NCBI GenBank assembly: GCA_964016885.1
Contig: OZ024742.1
Coordinates: 181,474,001-181,538,000 of the forward strand
Source: Eledone cirrhosa
Lineage: Eukaryota
Length of the DNA stretch: 64,000 nucleotides
Direction: 5' to 3'
In this document: in pieces, positions 60,551 to 64,000 of the stretch
Layout of the letters: each line of letters starts with the position of its first letter
Position numbering within the stretch: position 1 is the stretch's first letter
Translations under genes and position numbers: made by a program
Notes under the pieces: model-generated
Told to the model about the DNA's origin: nothing
The model's database searches: none
What the model saw: only the letters and a program-made list of their open reading frames with translations

Positions 60551-60633
60551 AAGGAGAAAATTGAGAGTGTGTAACACACAACTTATCAGATAGGCAGTAT
60601 ATGGTTAGCTCAATGTCTGAAGACAGAGCCGTA

Positions 60634-60791
60634 ATACAATTAACAACAAAGAGCGCTTAGAACATAGGTATATCTTTAATTGCTGACAATGTTTCTTTAA
60701 GCTCTGAGAGTCCCACTTTTAGTGTGGACAAAACATTGTCAGCAATTAAAGATATACCTATGTTCTAAGCGCTCTTTGTTGTTAATTGTAT
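60634..60791. repeat. Fold-back (60634-60694 / 60731-60791) around a decayed hammerhead at 60701-60743
   Basis: gct-CTGAGAG-tcccact..agtgtggac-AAAA-cattg-TC-agc; relative of 17318-17363. Confidence 0.75.
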
Positions 60792-60808
60792 ATATATATA
60801 TATGTATA

Positions 60809-60890
<82 letters not shown>

Positions 60891-60922
60891 ATATATATGT
60901 ATATATATGTATATATATATAT

Positions 60923-60963
<41 letters not shown>

Positions 60964-60972
60964 GTATATGTG

Positions 60973-61042
<70 letters not shown>

Positions 61043-61065
61043 ATATATATATATGTATATATATG

Positions 61066-61096
<31 letters not shown>

Positions 61097-61127
61097 GTAT
61101 ATATATATATATATATGTATATATATG

Positions 61128-61160
<33 letters not shown>

Positions 61161-61442
61161 GTATATATATGTATATATATATATATGTTATATATGTATA
61201 TTATATATATATGTATATATATATATGTATATATATGTATATATATATGTATATATATATGTATATGTATATATATATGTATATATATATGTATATATAT
61301 GTTATATATATGTATATATATATGTATATATATGTATATATGTGTATATATATGTATATTGGTATATTATATGTATATGTATATGTATTATATATGTATA
61401 TATATATGTATATGTATATATATGTATATATATATATATGTA

Positions 61443-61527
<85 letters not shown>

Positions 61528-61624
61528 GTATATATATATGTATATGTATATATATATGTATATGTATATATATATGTATATGTATATATATATATGTATA
61601 TATATATGTATGTATATATATATA

Positions 61625-63090
61625 TCATCATCATCATCATCGTTTAACATCCCTGTTCCACGCTTGCATGGGTTTGGACGGGGGTTTTCCCACTTGAGGC
61701 AAGAGTGGTTGTCTTGCTCGCATAGGACTGTCTGGCGGGTTTTCTACAGCTGGATGCCCTTCCTCACACCAACCACATTTACAGTGTGGGGCTGGGAGGT
61801 TTTTACCGTGTTGCCTACACGGCCACATTACAGCGTGGACTGTGTGTTTTTTTGTCGTGACACCTACACGATCTCGTTTGTTTCGGCCTGGATGTTGTGG
61901 CACCAACATAACTTTGCATTGAAGAGGGCGGTGTGGATGGGGTGGGACGGGGGTGAATTTTGTTAGAGATGCCTACTGACTAGTAGGTTTTACTTTGTAT
62001 TTAGGTAAGGCGGGTCTTCTCTGTTACTGAGTACCGCCAAAGGTCTCGGTCCAGTGACATTGTCTTGGAGAGGTGTAAGTGTGTGAGGTCGGAATTTATC
62101 AGCTCGTCCCAGGTTTTCCTCGGTCTGCCTACTCCGTGGCTACCATCTATCTTTATTGCCCTGCACTTTGTTATACAGCTGTCGTCTTTCATGCCCATCA
62201 CGTGACCATACCAACGTAGTCTTCTCTCGAGTAAACAACATCTGATCCCTCTTATTTCTAATTTTTTCCTTTGTTCGTTTATGCTTTGCCGTTCACGTAT
62301 ATTACTATTACACATCCAGCGGAGCATGCAAGCTTTGTTCCTCTCTAATCTGCATATATCCTCTGCACACAATGCCCAGGTCTCACTGCCATGCAACATT
62401 GCTGTTCGTATGCAGGCATCAAACAACCTGCCTTTCATTTTTAGGGAGAACCCTTTTGCAGCTAATAGTGGTATAAGCTCTCTGAACTTTTTCCATCCAG
62501 TTCTGACTCTAGCTACTGTACTTTCAGAGCACCCTCCCCCACTGCTGATTTTGTCACCCAGGTAACGGAAGCTGTCCACTATTTCTATAGAGCCCTCTGT
62601 GCAGTTGAATGAGCTAGTATTTAGTGGGCACTTGCTGCTACTTATTGCACCAGAGCACCGGCCACATGTAAAATCTGTGTTCTTAGTTAGCTTACCTGTG
62701 ATCCCACTACATTTTTATGCACCCATACTTTGCATTTGGGACATAAAATGGAGTTTCTACCTACGCCTTTCCTACACACTGAGCATGGCCATTTCCCGGA
62801 GGGGACCGCCGCCTTATTTTCTTTCCTACGAACTAGAACTTTAGTCTTAGCCAGATTAATTTTAAGGCCTTTTGATTCTAGGCCGTGCTTCCATGTTTGG
62901 AATTTCTTCTCTAGCTCGGCCATTGATTCAGCTATGAGCGTTAGATCATCTGCGTATAGGAGTTCCCATGGGCAGCCGGTCTTGAACTCCTCTGTTATAG
63001 CCTGAAGGGCAATAATAAATAGTAGGGGGCTAAGAACAGAGCCCTGATGGACACCAACTTTTACGCTAAACTCTTCACTATATTCATTCA
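61625..63090 (-). mobile_element. RTE-clade LINE, 5'-truncated, PHD-like insert within the RT
   Basis: [51 protein letters not shown]; frameshift near 62712; (GAT)n tail. Confidence 0.92.
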
Positions 63091-63368
63091 CAGGTCACAT
63101 GTCTCAGATGAAGAATTAAAAGGAATCCCTCTTGAGACTATATTCCAAAACAACGTTATGTTTAAGTTGCCAGAGTAAGCCCGATAATGAAGTTGAAGAT
63201 TTTGGGATTCCTTTTAATTCTTCATCTGAGACATGTGACCTCTGCGTGGAGGAGATATTCTTTATATTAAAATCTAAAAATTCCCTTAATCTAAGGAGCA
63301 ATTTATTCAGTTGCTGCAGACATAGATTGAACTCAACGTTTAAATATAAATATAAATTTAAAATGTAG
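63087..63368 (+). mobile_element. Naiad-like PLE C-terminus with inverted upstream piece
   Basis: Plus: PFNSSSETCDLCVEEIFFIL..LNLRSNLFSCCRH; minus 63130-63200: STSLSGLLWQLK..YSLK; ~40 bp duplicated in inversion. Confidence 0.75.
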
Positions 63369-64000
63369 TATATTTAGTTAAGATATTTAATTAATTATGT
63401 AACCTGACGATAAATCTTTCGATTCCTTCAACTTTTTCTTTTTAAACCTTCATAAATATATACTAATGATGTAATTAAACTACCCTAAAATGTTGATGCT
63501 CCCAATCTATTGAATAAATTTTACGCTAGATAAACTTCTATACTAAATATAAGAGCATTTGTAGAACAACAGGGTCTCTTAAATCTTTTAAATGATTTCT
63601 GCTAATTAAGTCTTGTTGAATAATTTTGGTTTTTTGTTTGTTTTTTTATTCTGATTGCTTCTAATGAACTTGGCAATATATTGTCAGATAAATTGGAAGG
63701 GTTGATTTCTGTGGTCGATATGGGACGCATACTGTGTTTTTTTAAGGCCCTTGATAATCTAGGGAGTGATGAAAGTATTCTTAGCGTTTTGATATATTAA
63801 TGTCTGTTGTCTATTCTATACATGAACGATAATCATGTATGTGAGTGCAGGAATATTAATATTAATATATATTTTTATGTATGTATATGTATGTATATAT
63901 ATATATAGTAAAATCTTTCATAACGCAAGGGAAAATTTTTTCATGTGAAATAAGAAATTACAGAGCTGATCACGTAAGTTCATGTGTATATCTATAGTAT

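Noticed and set aside
63401-63480. CTGACGA as a hammerhead core after the Naiad-like stop
   Set aside because: No GAAA-stem III-UH and no stem I partner found

Overview
AT-rich eukaryotic DNA, probably from an octopod cephalopod (inferred from SINE/RTE sequences recalled from Octopus). No conventional host gene is evident. The window is a chain of mobile-element pieces separated by long degenerate (TA)n microsatellites, so the many Y/I/M/C-rich ORFs in the track are artefacts. Penelope-like elements (PLEs): one near-intact Neptune-type copy with pseudo-LTRs (23081-28595), a second Neptune-type pseudo-ORF (30178-32430) and three Naiad-like fragments. Other elements: an R4/Dong-like LINE, RTE, CR1/L2 and Tx1/L1-like pieces, tRNA-derived SINEs and a tiny hAT-like MITE. 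There is a 200-N gap. By eye I find about 20 intact or decayed type I hammerhead ribozyme motifs from many unrelated families, mostly in non-coding units with tandem and/or fold-back structure. The most unusual region is 36064-39696. It has 214-bp inverted arms, a GC-rich cargo, and a spliced SGNH/GDSL esterase gene with two 55-57 nt introns that the ORF track splits and partly misses. It also has a convergent decayed spliced gene, upstream tandem sites and a terminal hairpin. A related terminus occurs at 4265-5221. Some perfect fold-backs and TA-joined junctions could be assembly or amplification chimeras; this was not testable here.
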